From an uncultured Spirochaetota bacterium (GTDB lineage: Bacteria > Spirochaetota > Spirochaetia > SZUA-6 > Fen-1364): DNA of 64,000 bases. The DNA is taken from positions 128,001 through 192,000 of the forward strand of contig CAWJSK010000015.1 of the NCBI GenBank assembly GCA_963845535.1, given 5' to 3'. The position numbers and the translations under genes are program-made. Below the pieces are notes generated by a model. It made no database searches. It had not been told where the DNA came from and saw only the letters and a program-made list of their open reading frames with translations. Of the stretch, positions 28,340 to 38,019 are shown piece after piece. How positions within the stretch are numbered: the stretch's first letter is position 1; each line of letters opens with the position of its first letter.

Positions 28340-29459
28340 TCAAAGCAGGGTCTCCACCTTTTCCGCAATCCCCAGGCACGAGGTCAGCCCTGGGGATTCC
28401 ATTCCGATCAGGTTTATCAGGCCAGGCAAGCCGCGCTCGGTCTCCTCCCTGATCACAAAGTCTCGAAACGGCTCCCCTCGAAGGTACAGCTTCGGCCGGA
28501 TCCCCGACATGTCGGGAGAAAGATCATCGTAGGAGAGGAAGGGAAGAAAACGGCTGGCCTTTTCAAAGAACTCGCGCTGGTGGCGGGCATCCACTGTGTA
28601 GTCGATTCGATCAACGTAGTTCGAGTCAGGACCGATCTTCAGGCCGCCGTCCAGCCCTATGACGACGTGCGCGCCCAGGTGCACCGGGGATGGCGTGGGG
28701 TACACGAGCCGGCGAATCCTTCCCCGGTGCCTGTCAGCTACCTTGAAATACTCCCCCTTGCACGGATAGATGCGATAACCGGCGCTCTCGACATCGATGC
28801 CGGCCATCCGCGCCACGCTGTCCGCGCTGAGCCCGGCTCGAGTTGATCACGGCGGCGGCAGAAAGGACGATCTCTTCTCCATCGGACTGCCGGATGCGCA
28901 CGGAGTACCGCGAAGCCTCCCGTTGGATGCCTGTCACCTCGCATCCGTATGCCACTGTTGCGCCTTTGGAGACTGCGGAGCGCTCCAGGTACTCCATCAG
29001 GGAATGGCTGCTCACGATGCCGCTTTCCGGGCTGTAAAGGCCGAGGCAACCACGCGCGTCAGGCTCCTGTTCGGTGATCTCTCGGGTCGTGATGAGCCGA
29101 AGGCCCGGCACGCCGTTTTTCCCGCCTTGCAGGAGGATCTGGTGGAGCTGCGCGGACTCCTCCTCATTGGTTGCCACGACGATCTTGCCCGTCTTGCGGT
29201 GCGGGATACCGGCGCGGGCGCACAGCTCGTAGAGCATGGGGTTGCCGCGGATGCAGAGCGTGGTCTTCAGGAGGTCCTCCGGGTAGTACATGCCGCAATG
29301 GATGACCTCGCTGTTGCGGGAGGATGTCTCCCGGCCGAAACTGTCATGGCGCTCGCAGACCACGAGGTCCTTCCCGGGACCCGCAAGGCGTTCCGCTATG
29401 GCCAGCCCGATCACCCCCGCGCCGATGATGCAAACGTCAACGGGCTCCGTGATGCTCAT
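28340..29459 (-). CDS. FAD-dependent oxidoreductase, L-2-hydroxyglutarate oxidase (LhgO)-like; frameshift near 28840
   Basis: IIGAGVIG and ETSSRNSEVIH in the first frame; KGEYF, GIRPKL and GMESPGLTS in the second. Confidence 0.88.
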
Positions 29460-29512
29460 GAGGATATAGTGTACTATTCCGCCAGCTCGTGAGAACCAGG
29501 AGGAAGGCCGTC

Positions 29513-30544
29513 GTGAAGGCTCTGACCCTGCAGGAATACGGCAAGCTTGTTTTCGGAGACGCACCGGACCCGCGGGCGCAGGACAACGAGGTCATTGTCC
29601 AGGTCAAGGCGTGCGGCATTTGCGGAAGCGACGTTCACGGAATGGACGGCTCCACCGGGCGTCGGATCCCTCCCGTCATCATGGGCCACGAGGCAGCCGG
29701 CGTGATAACGGAGGTTGGCGCGCGCGTCTCGGGGTGGCGGGCCGGAGATCGCGTGACCTTCGACTCCACCATCTCCTGCGGCGAGTGCTGGCGCTGCCGC
29801 CGGGGAGAGATCAACCTGTGCGAGCGCCGCCGGGTGCTCGGCGTCTCCTGCGGCGAATATCGTCGAAACGGGGCGTTCGCCGAGCTGGTGGCCGTGCCGC
29901 AGCACATCCTGTATCGAATCCCGCCGGAGGTGGAACATCACCAGGCCGCCATGACGGAACCGCTCTCCGTTGCGTTCCACGCCGTCCGCCTGGCCCGGCC
30001 CGAGGTCGGAGAATCCGCCGTGGTGGTCGGCGCCGGGATGATCGGCCTCCTCCTCATCCAGGTGCTCCGCGCTTCCGGGTGCACCACCGTGATCGCAATG
30101 GACATCGATGAGAACAAGCTGCGCCGCGCGCGCGACCTGGGCGCGGACCTCTGCCTGGACTCACGGTCCGAGGAATCCATCGCGCGGGTCCTGGAGCGCA
30201 CGGAAGGCCGCGGCGCCGACATTGCCTTCGAGGCCGTGGGAATCACAGCGGCAGTCGCCGCGGCACTGGACGCCGTGCGCATGGGCGGGCGGCTGGTCCT
30301 TGTCGGGAACCTCTCCCCGAAGATCGAGCTTGCCCTGCAGTCGGTGGTGACGCGCCAAGTGTCCCTTCTGGGCTCCTGCGCGTCCCAAGGAGAATACCCG
30401 GCGTGCCTCGATCTGATTGCGCGGGGGCGCGTGAATCTGCAGTCGTTCATCAGCGCGCGCGCCCCTCTCTCGGAAGGCGCGTCGTGGTTCGAAAGGCTCC
30501 ACCGGGAGGAGCCCGGCCTGATGAAAGTCATCCTGGAGCCATGA
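29513..30544 (+). CDS. Zn-dependent polyol dehydrogenase (L-iditol/galactitol-1-P dehydrogenase-like)
   Basis: CGICGSD, GHE, CGECWRC...C and GAGMIG. Confidence 0.92.
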   Translation: MKALTLQEYGKLVFGDAPDPRAQDNEVIVQVKACGICGSDVHGMDGSTGRRIPPVIMGHEAAGVITEVGARVSGWRAGDRVTFDSTISCGECWRCRRGEINLCERRRVLGVSCGEYRRNGAFAELVAVPQHILYRIPPEVEHHQAAMTEPLSVAFHAVRLARPEVGESAVVVGAGMIGLLLIQVLRASGCTTVIAMDIDENKLRRARDLGADLCLDSRSEESIARVLERTEGRGADIAFEAVGITAAVAAALDAVRMGGRLVLVGNLSPKIELALQSVVTRQVSLLGSCASQGEYPACLDLIARGRVNLQSFISARAPLSEGASWFERLHREEPGLMKVILEP

Positions 30545-31785
30545 TCCGGCCGCTCGTTGCAATCCGAGACGGGGTGGCCGCGGACCTTGCATCCTGGTGC
30601 AAGGAGACCGGGCATCGGCGCGTTCTTATCGTGGAGGACGAGACGACCTTCGGCGTCCTGGGTCGGGCAGTGGAGGAATCCCTTCATCACACCGGTCTCC
30701 TGCCGCGGTCCGTTGTGCTTGCCGGTCCCGAGGTTGCGGCGGATGCGCATTCCATCCTCCAGGTGCTGCTTTCCGTGGACCGCCAGGACCAGGCTCTCAT
30801 TGCCGTTGGCTCCGGCACCCTGACGGACATCACGAGATTCGTGAGCCACCGGATCGGGCTTCCTTTCGTCGCCATGCCCACCGCCCCCTCGGTGGACGGC
30901 TTCACGTCCTCCGGCTCGCCGCTCATCGTGCGAGGGATCAAGACGACTGCGCTCGCCCAGCCTCCCGCCGCGATTTTCGCGGACCTCGCCGTGCTGCAAG
31001 CAGCGCCGCGGACCATGATTGCCTCGGGGTTCGGGGACATGCTCGGCAAGCGCACGTCGGTTGCAGACTGGAGGCTTGCACACATTCTCTGGGACGTGCC
31101 TTTCGACGAGAAGATAGCCGGGCGATGTCTGGCCGCGGTCCGGAGCTGCGAAGAGGCTGCGGGGGAAATCTCGCGCTCATCCCGGGAAGGGGTGAGCCGC
31201 CTTCTGGAGGCGCTCATAGAGTCGGGGTTCTGCATGCTGGACTTCGGCAGCTCGCTTCCGGCCTCGGGGGCGGAGCACCATTTTTCGCATTTCTGGGAGA
31301 TGAAGCTCCTCAGGGAAGGGAAGCCGGCAATCCTGCACGGCGCCAAGGTGGGCGTTGCCACTATCCTGACGGCCGCGCTTTACCGGCGCGTCGGACAATT
31401 GACCAGAAGCGAGGCGGCTCGGCTCCTGAAAGAATACCGGCTCCCGTCCGCCAATGCAGAGATGGAGCGTATCCGCCTGGCGTTCGGATCAGCGGCTGAT
31501 GAGGTGGCAAAGACGCAGGCCGCCTTCATCGCGATGACGGGGGAGGCGTGGGAGCGCCTGAGGCAGAAAATCGTGGAGCGTTGGAGGGAGATCCAGGACA
31601 TTGCGAATGAGGTGCCGGCTCCTGACGAGATTGCGAAGCTCCTCCGCCAGGCGGGAGGTCCTACGAACATGCGCGGGCTGGGTCTCCCTGATTCATGGGC
31701 GGAGCAGGCAGCTGACGCCGCGCATTATCTTCGCAACCATTTCACCATCTCGAAGCTTGCCCGGCTTTTGTTACCGGGAAGTTAG
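30541..31785 (+). CDS. sn-glycerol-1-phosphate dehydrogenase (AraM/EgsA family)
   Basis: GSGTLTD, PTAPSVDGF, SGFGD, ASGAEHHFSH and LHGAKVG. Confidence 0.9.
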   Translation: MIRPLVAIRDGVAADLASWCKETGHRRVLIVEDETTFGVLGRAVEESLHHTGLLPRSVVLAGPEVAADAHSILQVLLSVDRQDQALIAVGSGTLTDITRFVSHRIGLPFVAMPTAPSVDGFTSSGSPLIVRGIKTTALAQPPAAIFADLAVLQAAPRTMIASGFGDMLGKRTSVADWRLAHILWDVPFDEKIAGRCLAAVRSCEEAAGEISRSSREGVSRLLEALIESGFCMLDFGSSLPASGAEHHFSHFWEMKLLREGKPAILHGAKVGVATILTAALYRRVGQLTRSEAARLLKEYRLPSANAEMERIRLAFGSAADEVAKTQAAFIAMTGEAWERLRQKIVERWREIQDIANEVPAPDEIAKLLRQAGGPTNMRGLGLPDSWAEQAADAAHYLRNHFTISKLARLLLPGS

Positions 31786-31853
31786 CGGCGGAGAACCGAG
31801 GGGGAGGTTTTGAGAGCCGGGAGTGGTATCTTTCCTGGTGAGGAGGCGCAACC

Positions 31854-32312
31854 ATGATCTACGGCGCACACGCGCTTGTGTTTTCCCGGGCGCCTGGGGA
31901 AGCGAAAGCCTTGCTGGAGAAAATCCTTGCCTCGAACAAAGTCGACGCAGGAGGGGGCTGGACGATTTTTGCGCTTCCACCCGCCGAGGTAGGCGTCCAT
32001 CCCACGGACGGCGCTCCCCGGATCGATCTCTATCTCATGTGTCAGGATATCGAACAGACCATACAGGAGCTGCGGGAGAAGGGCGTCAAGTTCTCCCGGG
32101 CCGTCAGTGAAGAAAGTTGGGGAAGGTACTGCGCCATTGCGCTTCCCGGCGGCGGCGAGCTGGGACTTTACCAGCCGCGGCATCCCACGGCCCTTGCCAG
32201 GCCCACGGCGGCCGCGCGCGCGGGGGGCAAGAGCCGCTCGGCTGGCAAAAGCGTCACGGTGGCCAAGGCCGGCGCAGGCTCCCGCGGCCTCGGATCAGCT
32301 TCCCGGCGCTGA
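31854..32312 (+). CDS. VOC/glyoxalase-family protein
   Basis: GAH...DAGGGWTIFALPPAEVGVHP...LYLMCQD...WG...LPGGGELGLYQPRHP. Confidence 0.85.
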   Translation: MIYGAHALVFSRAPGEAKALLEKILASNKVDAGGGWTIFALPPAEVGVHPTDGAPRIDLYLMCQDIEQTIQELREKGVKFSRAVSEESWGRYCAIALPGGGELGLYQPRHPTALARPTAAARAGGKSRSAGKSVTVAKAGAGSRGLGSASRR

Positions 32313-32720
32313 CGGGGAGACCACGGATCCTTCGCGCGCGGACCGGCCGTCCGCGCCCGCAAGGTCCGCAAGGACCCGGTAGGCCGCCTCAGCGTCAGTG
32401 GTGTCGCGGAGGAGCCCCTCCGTGCGGCACTGGATTGTGTCAACCAGAGAGTCCCAGGTGCAGGACGCCCCGGCGCGGTCCAGAACGTCCTTCCCCAGCA
32501 TGCTGAGCACACCGGCGTGGACGGTACGTATGCCCATACGGGTGATGAGGAAAGCGGAGCCTCGACCTATGATCTTGTCATGGATCTCAGCTTTGCGCAG
32601 GTCGACCTTCCTGTCCTTCAGGAACCTTTCCAGCTCGAAAAGGGGGTGCAGCCACTTGCCCGCGCTCTGGAACATCACCTGTCCATCTATGAGAAACTCG
32701 AGCGTCGCATTCGTAAACAT
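32295..32720 (-). CDS. DUF1893 (TM1506-like) protein
   Basis: FQSAGKWLHPLF...DKIIGRGSAFL...VHAGVLS...C.TE pattern. Confidence 0.75.
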   Translation of the reverse strand: MFTNATLEFLIDGQVMFQSAGKWLHPLFELERFLKDRKVDLRKAEIHDKIIGRGSAFLITRMGIRTVHAGVLSMLGKDVLDRAGASCTWDSLVDTIQCRTEGLLRDTTDAEAAYRVLADLAGADGRSAREGSVVSPSAPGS

Positions 32721-32774
32721 GATGCGACTGTTATACGATATATTCATGATTGTGTAATCATGGGAGGTGTCATC

Positions 32775-33320
32775 ATGGCCAACGAGCGCCGCTTCCACGG
32801 AAACGCCGAACGTCTCCGAGCGCCTGAACGGATCCAGCTCCTGGAAACCGCGCGCGTCGTTCAGCTCTGCGCCGAGGGCTTGCGGCTGGAGAGCGTCTTG
32901 GACGTCGGTACGGGCACGGGAGTCTTTGCTGAAGCTTTTGCGAAGGAAAAGTTACGCGTGGCGGGGATAGACCCTGACCCGGATCTCCTTGTCGTGGCCC
33001 GGCGGTTCGTCCCGGATGCTTCTTTCCAGGCTGCCGTGGCGGAAAGCCTCCCGTTCGGGGACGGCTCGTACGACCTCGTTTTCCTCGGGCACGTCCTGCA
33101 TGAGACGGATGAGCCCGTCATCGCTCTCCGGGAAGCCCGCCGTGTCGCGCGAAAAAGGGTTGTGATCCTCGAGTGGCCGTATAAAGAGGAAGACAGGGGA
33201 CCGCCCCTGGCTCACAGGCTGGCCGCGGATCACGTCCGGGAGATCGCTGAAAAAGCGGGACTGGCGTCTCTGGAAAGGTCCACCCTGGCGCACATGGAGC
33301 TCTTTCGCGCAACGCTGTGA
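32775..33320 (+). CDS. class I SAM-dependent methyltransferase
   Basis: VLDVGTGTG, AESLPF, HVLHE and GPP..HR; GGAGG RBS. Confidence 0.9.
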   Translation: MANERRFHGNAERLRAPERIQLLETARVVQLCAEGLRLESVLDVGTGTGVFAEAFAKEKLRVAGIDPDPDLLVVARRFVPDASFQAAVAESLPFGDGSYDLVFLGHVLHETDEPVIALREARRVARKRVVILEWPYKEEDRGPPLAHRLAADHVREIAEKAGLASLERSTLAHMELFRATL

Positions 33321-33348
33321 CCCTTGGTGCTCTCCGGCCCGGCGATGA

Positions 33349-34590
33349 TTACGCTAGCCACTTCTCAAAAAAAGTGAGCGCCTCCACCTGCATCGGCAGG
33401 TCGAGCTTGTGCGCGCCAGGGTGGATGCTGACGGCAAGCCGCTCGGCGGCTCCGGCCTTTGCGTAGACCTCCTGGAGGACTCGCGTCGCGCGAAGCGTTT
33501 CCTGGTGGGTGAACAGGGGATCACTGCTCGTGGCCATCACGAGAGCCGGCAGCGGAGCTCTGAGTCCCAGAATTTCGGGGAAATCCATGAGCGGGGCGAG
33601 CCCCGGCACGTAGGCCATCCACGTGTGCGTGTAGCTCGTGCTCAGGAGGAAGTCTTTCCAGGTGCTCATGAATCCGGCGCATACCGCGGCCCTGATCCTG
33701 TCATCCATCCCGGCCAGAAACGCGGTTCGAAGCCCTCCGCCCGACAACCCCCCGCAGCCGAGCCTGTGGGGATCCACGTCCGGCCGGGAAGCAAGGTAAT
33801 CCAGCGCCGCCATGTCCTCCGCAAGGGCGACCCCGGGCCACGTGAGCCCCGCGCAGAAAAGGGACTTGGCGATGACGCTTTCCTGCTGGCCGGCAAAAGC
33901 GTTGTAGAAATCTATGGCTGCCTGCGGCTCGTCCGCGGGCACGTCGAGGAGCTGGTCGTGGCCGCCCGCGGCGAGGTCCTTCGGAGAAAGCTCACGGATT
34001 TCCTCCGGCGGGCTCAGGAGGCGCTTGACCACGTGGTAGGGCAGGTCCGAGGCCAGGATTCTCCTGCTTTCGAACGGGAACACGTCGTGCACCAGGACCG
34101 CGAAGCCCCTGCGCGCAGCCTCGTTTGCCCACGCGAGCCCGCCATAGTAGTCCCGCTGGTGCTTCTCCATCATGGGATGGACGGCAGAGGCGAGGCGGGC
34201 GATCTTGCGCTTTCCGAAGTGCTTGTCCCCTCCGTGATCATGCAGCGCCAGGATTCCGGGAAGCCTTCCTGCCGCGCTCTTGGCGCTCTGGATGCTCCGC
34301 GCAGCCCGAGGCTTCAGGAAGTACGCCTCGGTCCTCGGCCCGTAGGGAAGCTGCCAGGACAGCTCCTCGATCTCCAGATCCTCCGTCGTATGGCGCCTGT
34401 GCGTCCGGACGTCGTTTGCGCGGACCGCAGTCGGGGCAGAGAGAAGCCGGGTGAGCGCGGCGCGCGCGGCTTGTCTCCATTCATCGACGTCGGACCATCT
34501 CGGGTTGCGAAAGGAAAGATCACCGGGACCCTCTCCGAGCCTGGCGGCTGCCCAGGGTCCGTACGCTCCGAGCATATTCTTGTGCATCAT
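33349..34590 (-). CDS. alpha/beta hydrolase (dienelactone hydrolase/acetyl esterase-like)
   Basis: LALHDHGG, GLSGGG nucleophile elbow, SDPLF and GAH catalytic-triad candidates. Confidence 0.85.
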   Translation of the reverse strand: MMHKNMLGAYGPWAAARLGEGPGDLSFRNPRWSDVDEWRQAARAALTRLLSAPTAVRANDVRTHRRHTTEDLEIEELSWQLPYGPRTEAYFLKPRAARSIQSAKSAAGRLPGILALHDHGGDKHFGKRKIARLASAVHPMMEKHQRDYYGGLAWANEAARRGFAVLVHDVFPFESRRILASDLPYHVVKRLLSPPEEIRELSPKDLAAGGHDQLLDVPADEPQAAIDFYNAFAGQQESVIAKSLFCAGLTWPGVALAEDMAALDYLASRPDVDPHRLGCGGLSGGGLRTAFLAGMDDRIRAAVCAGFMSTWKDFLLSTSYTHTWMAYVPGLAPLMDFPEILGLRAPLPALVMATSSDPLFTHQETLRATRVLQEVYAKAGAAERLAVSIHPGAHKLDLPMQVEALTFFEKWLA

Positions 34591-34826
34591 CTCATAGTGC
34601 CATGAGGAGGCGGTCTTGGTAAAACGCCTTCGACTGCGGCCGATGTTTTCCAATCTGCTCCATTTGCCTGAAGATGCGCCGCTGCATACCTTTTGGCGTG
34701 ACGATCTTGTTCCGCGCACGTGACCAACCGGTGACCGAAGTGACGGTTGCTGTTCCTCAGTCACTGTAAGCTGCGAATGCGGGGGAGAACGCGGTAAGGG
34801 AGGCGGGCTCTCCGAAGGAGGCGTCA

Positions 34827-35795
34827 ATGAGTGACCGTGATCCCAGCGCACGGGCAAGGGCGGGGGCGCTGGTGACGGGGGAGAAGTTGCGGACCAAGCC
34901 GGTTGAGCTGCCTTCAGAGGCCCCGCGGGACGAACAGACCACGCGGCTTCTGCGGGAGCTGGTGGCGCACCTGCGCGACCAGCGCGCGGTGCTTCGCGAG
35001 GAATGGCTGCGGCGCATCACGGGGGCGCGGCTTCTGATGGCCATGAGCCGCGAGGAGATCTACGCGGAGGCCACTTCGATCTTCGACCAGTACGTGGAGG
35101 CGCTGGAGGCAGGGGCGTTCGAGGCGCTGCAGACCTACGCGCAGAACCTGTCCGAGCGCATCATCCCGCGGGGAGTGGAGACGCACGAGGTTGTGGGGAT
35201 CGTGCTGCTGCTGCGCGACGTGCTGGCGCGGGCGCTTTTCACCAAGTACCACAGCGACCTGGACAAGCTGAACCAGATTCTGGACGCCTACGAGCCTGCG
35301 GCCAACCGGATAGCCATCACGGTGGCGGTCGGGTTCGTGCAGGAGCGCGAGCGGGTCATTCGAGAGCAACAGGAAGCCATTCGGGAGCTGTCCACTCCCG
35401 TGCTGCAGGTGCGCGAGCGCCTTCTGATCCTGCCGATCATCGGGCTGATCGATCCGCAGAGGGCGCGGCAGCTCACCGAGCAGCTGTTGCGGGCCATCCG
35501 TCAAAACCGGGCCCGCGTGGTGGTCATCGACATCACGGGGGTGCCCGTGATGGACTCCAACGTGGCCAACCACCTGGTGCAGACGGTGGAGGCCTCCCGG
35601 CTGTTGGGAGCCACCTCCATCGTCACCGGCCTTTCCCCGGACATCGCCCAGACTCTGGTGAACATCGGGGTGGACCTGAGCAAGATGAACACGGTGGGTG
35701 ACCTGCAGGGCGGCATCGAGGAGGCTGAGCACATCCTGGGCTACAAGGTGGCCCCCGTGGCCGTCGAGCAGCCCCTCGAGACACAAGGATTGTAG
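34827..35795 (+). CDS. rsbR: stressosome RsbR (RsbRD_N-like + STAS)
   Basis: QQEAIRELSTPVL, LPIIG.ID..RA and IDITGVPVMDS; AAGGAGG RBS. Confidence 0.92.
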   Translation: MSDRDPSARARAGALVTGEKLRTKPVELPSEAPRDEQTTRLLRELVAHLRDQRAVLREEWLRRITGARLLMAMSREEIYAEATSIFDQYVEALEAGAFEALQTYAQNLSERIIPRGVETHEVVGIVLLLRDVLARALFTKYHSDLDKLNQILDAYEPAANRIAITVAVGFVQERERVIREQQEAIRELSTPVLQVRERLLILPIIGLIDPQRARQLTEQLLRAIRQNRARVVVIDITGVPVMDSNVANHLVQTVEASRLLGATSIVTGLSPDIAQTLVNIGVDLSKMNTVGDLQGGIEEAEHILGYKVAPVAVEQPLETQGL

Positions 35796-35798
35796 GGC

Positions 35799-36326
35799 GT
35801 GGAGGTCCCGATCCTCAAGCAGGGCAACTACCTCATTGCCTCCATCCAGTCGGCGCTTTCGGACTCTGACCTGGCGCAGCTTCGCGATCGGCTTGTTGCG
35901 CAGGTGGGGAAGCTGCGTTCGCGCGGGGTGATCATCGACCTGACGGCGCTGGACATCATGGACAGCTTTGCCACGCGAACGCTGCGGGACACGGCGCACA
36001 TGATACGACTGCGGGGCGCGGAGACGGTGATCGTGGGGATGCAGCCCGAGGTGGCCTTCACGATGGTGGAGCTGGGGTTGAGCTTGAGCGGGATAGCCAC
36101 GGCGCTGGACCTGGAGGAAGGGCTGGTGTACCTGGACGGACGGACGGCAAGCCGTCACCGAAGCGACGCCCGGCCAGAAGGACGGAAAAGGTGGGACGTG
36201 AGAGCTCGGAGACCACGCTGCACCTTGCCATTGCCTCGGATGAGGACCTGCTGGCGGCGCGTTCGCAGATACGGGCAGCGGCGCTGGAGATGGGGTTTGC
36301 CACCACGGACATGGTACGGATCGTGA
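35799..36326 (+). CDS. rsbS: stressosome RsbS (STAS); homology ends near 36150 and the tail overlaps rsbT, possible indel
   Basis: VPILKQG, IDLTALDIMDSF (conserved phospho-Ser), GMQPEVA and TALDLEEGL. Confidence 0.9.
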   Translation: MEVPILKQGNYLIASIQSALSDSDLAQLRDRLVAQVGKLRSRGVIIDLTALDIMDSFATRTLRDTAHMIRLRGAETVIVGMQPEVAFTMVELGLSLSGIATALDLEEGLVYLDGRTASRHRSDARPEGRKRWDVRARRPRCTLPLPRMRTCWRRVRRYGQRRWRWGLPPRTWYGS

Positions 36327-37246
36327 CGGCGGTGTCGGAGCTGGCGCGCAACATATTGTTGTATGCCGGGCGCGGGGAGCTGTCGCTGAGGGTGATCAAT
36401 GAGAACGGTCGTGACGGTGTGTTGATCACCGCGCAGGACGAGGGGCCGGGGATCCCGGACGTGCCCAAGGCGCTTTTGGACGGATTCAGCACCTCGGGAG
36501 GGCTGGGGTTGGGGCTGCCCGGGACACGGCGGTTGATGGACGAGTTCGAGATACAGTCGGAAGTGAAGAAGGGAACGATCGTCAAAGTGAAGAAGTGGCT
36601 GAACGAAGGGCCCGTGGTGGTTCTGAAGGAAAAGAAGGAGAGGTCTCCCATTGCAAGCGGCATCGCAGCGCGCACGCTGCCAGGAGAGACCCAGACGGGG
36701 GACAGGTCGGTGATCCGCGTGCACCCCGGCGGAGTGCTCCTTGCGGTGATCGACGGGCTGGGCCATGGGCCGGCGGCGGCTCACGCCGCCGCCATTGCCG
36801 CGGAGGTGATGAGCAACTCGCCGTCCACGGACGTGGTGGAGCTGGTGCGCGAATGCCACCAGAAGCTCCAGCACAGCCGCGGGGTGGTGATGACGGTGGT
36901 CTCCATCATCATGAGCGCAAGCCGCGCGAGCTGGATCGGCGTGGGCAACGTGCAGGGGATGCTCGTGCACGCAAACGGCAGCCAGAACAGCTCGGGGAGG
37001 GCTTTTGCGCTCCTTCGCAGCGGGATCGTCGGGCAGCGCCTGCCGACGACGCTCCAGCCCTCGTCTCTCATCGTGGAGAGGGGTGATACGTTCGTGCTCG
37101 CCACCGACGGGGTTGCCCTCGATTTCATGAAGGAGCATTCGCTGGACCAGCCCCCGCAGCTCCTGGCGGAGCGGATCCTGGAGCAATACGGGCTGGTAAA
37201 CGACGATGCGCTGGTGCTCGTGGCGCGATATCTGGGCGGGGAATGA
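36191..37246 (+). CDS. rsbT: RsbT Ser/Thr kinase in frame with an RsbX-like PP2C phosphatase
   Basis: TAVSELARNI, DEGPGIPD, STSGGLGLGLPG and KKW; then TGD, VIDGLGHG, LATDG and DDALVLV. Confidence 0.85.
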   Translation: MGRESSETTLHLAIASDEDLLAARSQIRAAALEMGFATTDMVRIVTAVSELARNILLYAGRGELSLRVINENGRDGVLITAQDEGPGIPDVPKALLDGFSTSGGLGLGLPGTRRLMDEFEIQSEVKKGTIVKVKKWLNEGPVVVLKEKKERSPIASGIAARTLPGETQTGDRSVIRVHPGGVLLAVIDGLGHGPAAAHAAAIAAEVMSNSPSTDVVELVRECHQKLQHSRGVVMTVVSIIMSASRASWIGVGNVQGMLVHANGSQNSSGRAFALLRSGIVGQRLPTTLQPSSLIVERGDTFVLATDGVALDFMKEHSLDQPPQLLAERILEQYGLVNDDALVLVARYLGGE

Positions 37247-37274
37247 ACCGCGGGATTGATCGAGGGTTTGCGTC

Positions 37275-37964
37275 ATGAAGGTCGTGGTCATCGAGGACAC
37301 GGAAGAGATCGTAGAAAGCATCAAGCTGTGCATTGCCATTCGCTGGCCGGAGTGCATCACCCTGTCGACGCCGCGGGGAAAAGAAGGCCTCCACCTTGTC
37401 CAGAGCGAGTCCCCTGACGTCGTGATCCTGGACCTCGTTCTTGCGGACGGGAACGGCTTCGACGTGCTCAAGGACATCCGCACGTGGTCCGACGTGCCGG
37501 TGATCATCGTGAGCGTCAAAGGGGACGAGGTCGTGAGGGTGAAGGGCCTGGAGATGGGAGCGGATGATTTCATCGCGAAGCCCTTCTCCCATACCGAGCT
37601 TCTGGCCCGCATGCGCGCGGTGCTGCGCCGCACTCACATGCCGTCGCTCTGGCAGGACGCCGGAGTCATGAAGGGCAAGAACCTCACCATCGACATGGGC
37701 TCGGGCCGGGCTTTTGTGGATGGAAAGGAAACGGGGCTCAGTGCAACGGAGTGGAAGCTCCTGATCTACCTCGCGCGCAACGAAGGGAGGATCATTCCCC
37801 CGGAAATGCTGGCTTCCAAAGTCTGGGGGGTCGCCTTTGTGGAGCCCTCGACAATCAAGATGTGCGTGCGCCGCTTGCGCGTGAAGCTCGGTGACGACAC
37901 CCGGGCGCCGCGCATCATCCGCAGCCACCGCGGGCGCGGGTACAGCTTCGAGCTGGGCTCGTAG
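37275..37964 (+). CDS. OmpR/PhoB-family response regulator
   Basis: IED, ILDL, GADDFIAKPF and C-terminal wHTH (RGRGY). Confidence 0.94.
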   Translation: MKVVVIEDTEEIVESIKLCIAIRWPECITLSTPRGKEGLHLVQSESPDVVILDLVLADGNGFDVLKDIRTWSDVPVIIVSVKGDEVVRVKGLEMGADDFIAKPFSHTELLARMRAVLRRTHMPSLWQDAGVMKGKNLTIDMGSGRAFVDGKETGLSATEWKLLIYLARNEGRIIPPEMLASKVWGVAFVEPSTIKMCVRRLRVKLGDDTRAPRIIRSHRGRGYSFELGS

Positions 37965-38019
37965 GCCTCGATTCCCGCTTTTTCTTTACCGGCCGCGCCG
38001 AGCGTGTTATGGTGCTTCT

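Noticed and set aside
17846..31785. Archaeal-type ether lipid pathway (UbiA plus G1P dehydrogenase)
   Set aside because: The genes are about 12 kb apart in different operons, no GGGP synthase is seen, and the G1PDH sits with a polyol dehydrogenase as AraM-like genes do.
34700..34826. Structured RNA or operator (GTGAC repeats, CAACCG/CGGTTG stem) upstream of rsbR
   Set aside because: Short stems in GC-rich DNA with irregular spacing; not distinguishable from chance by eye.
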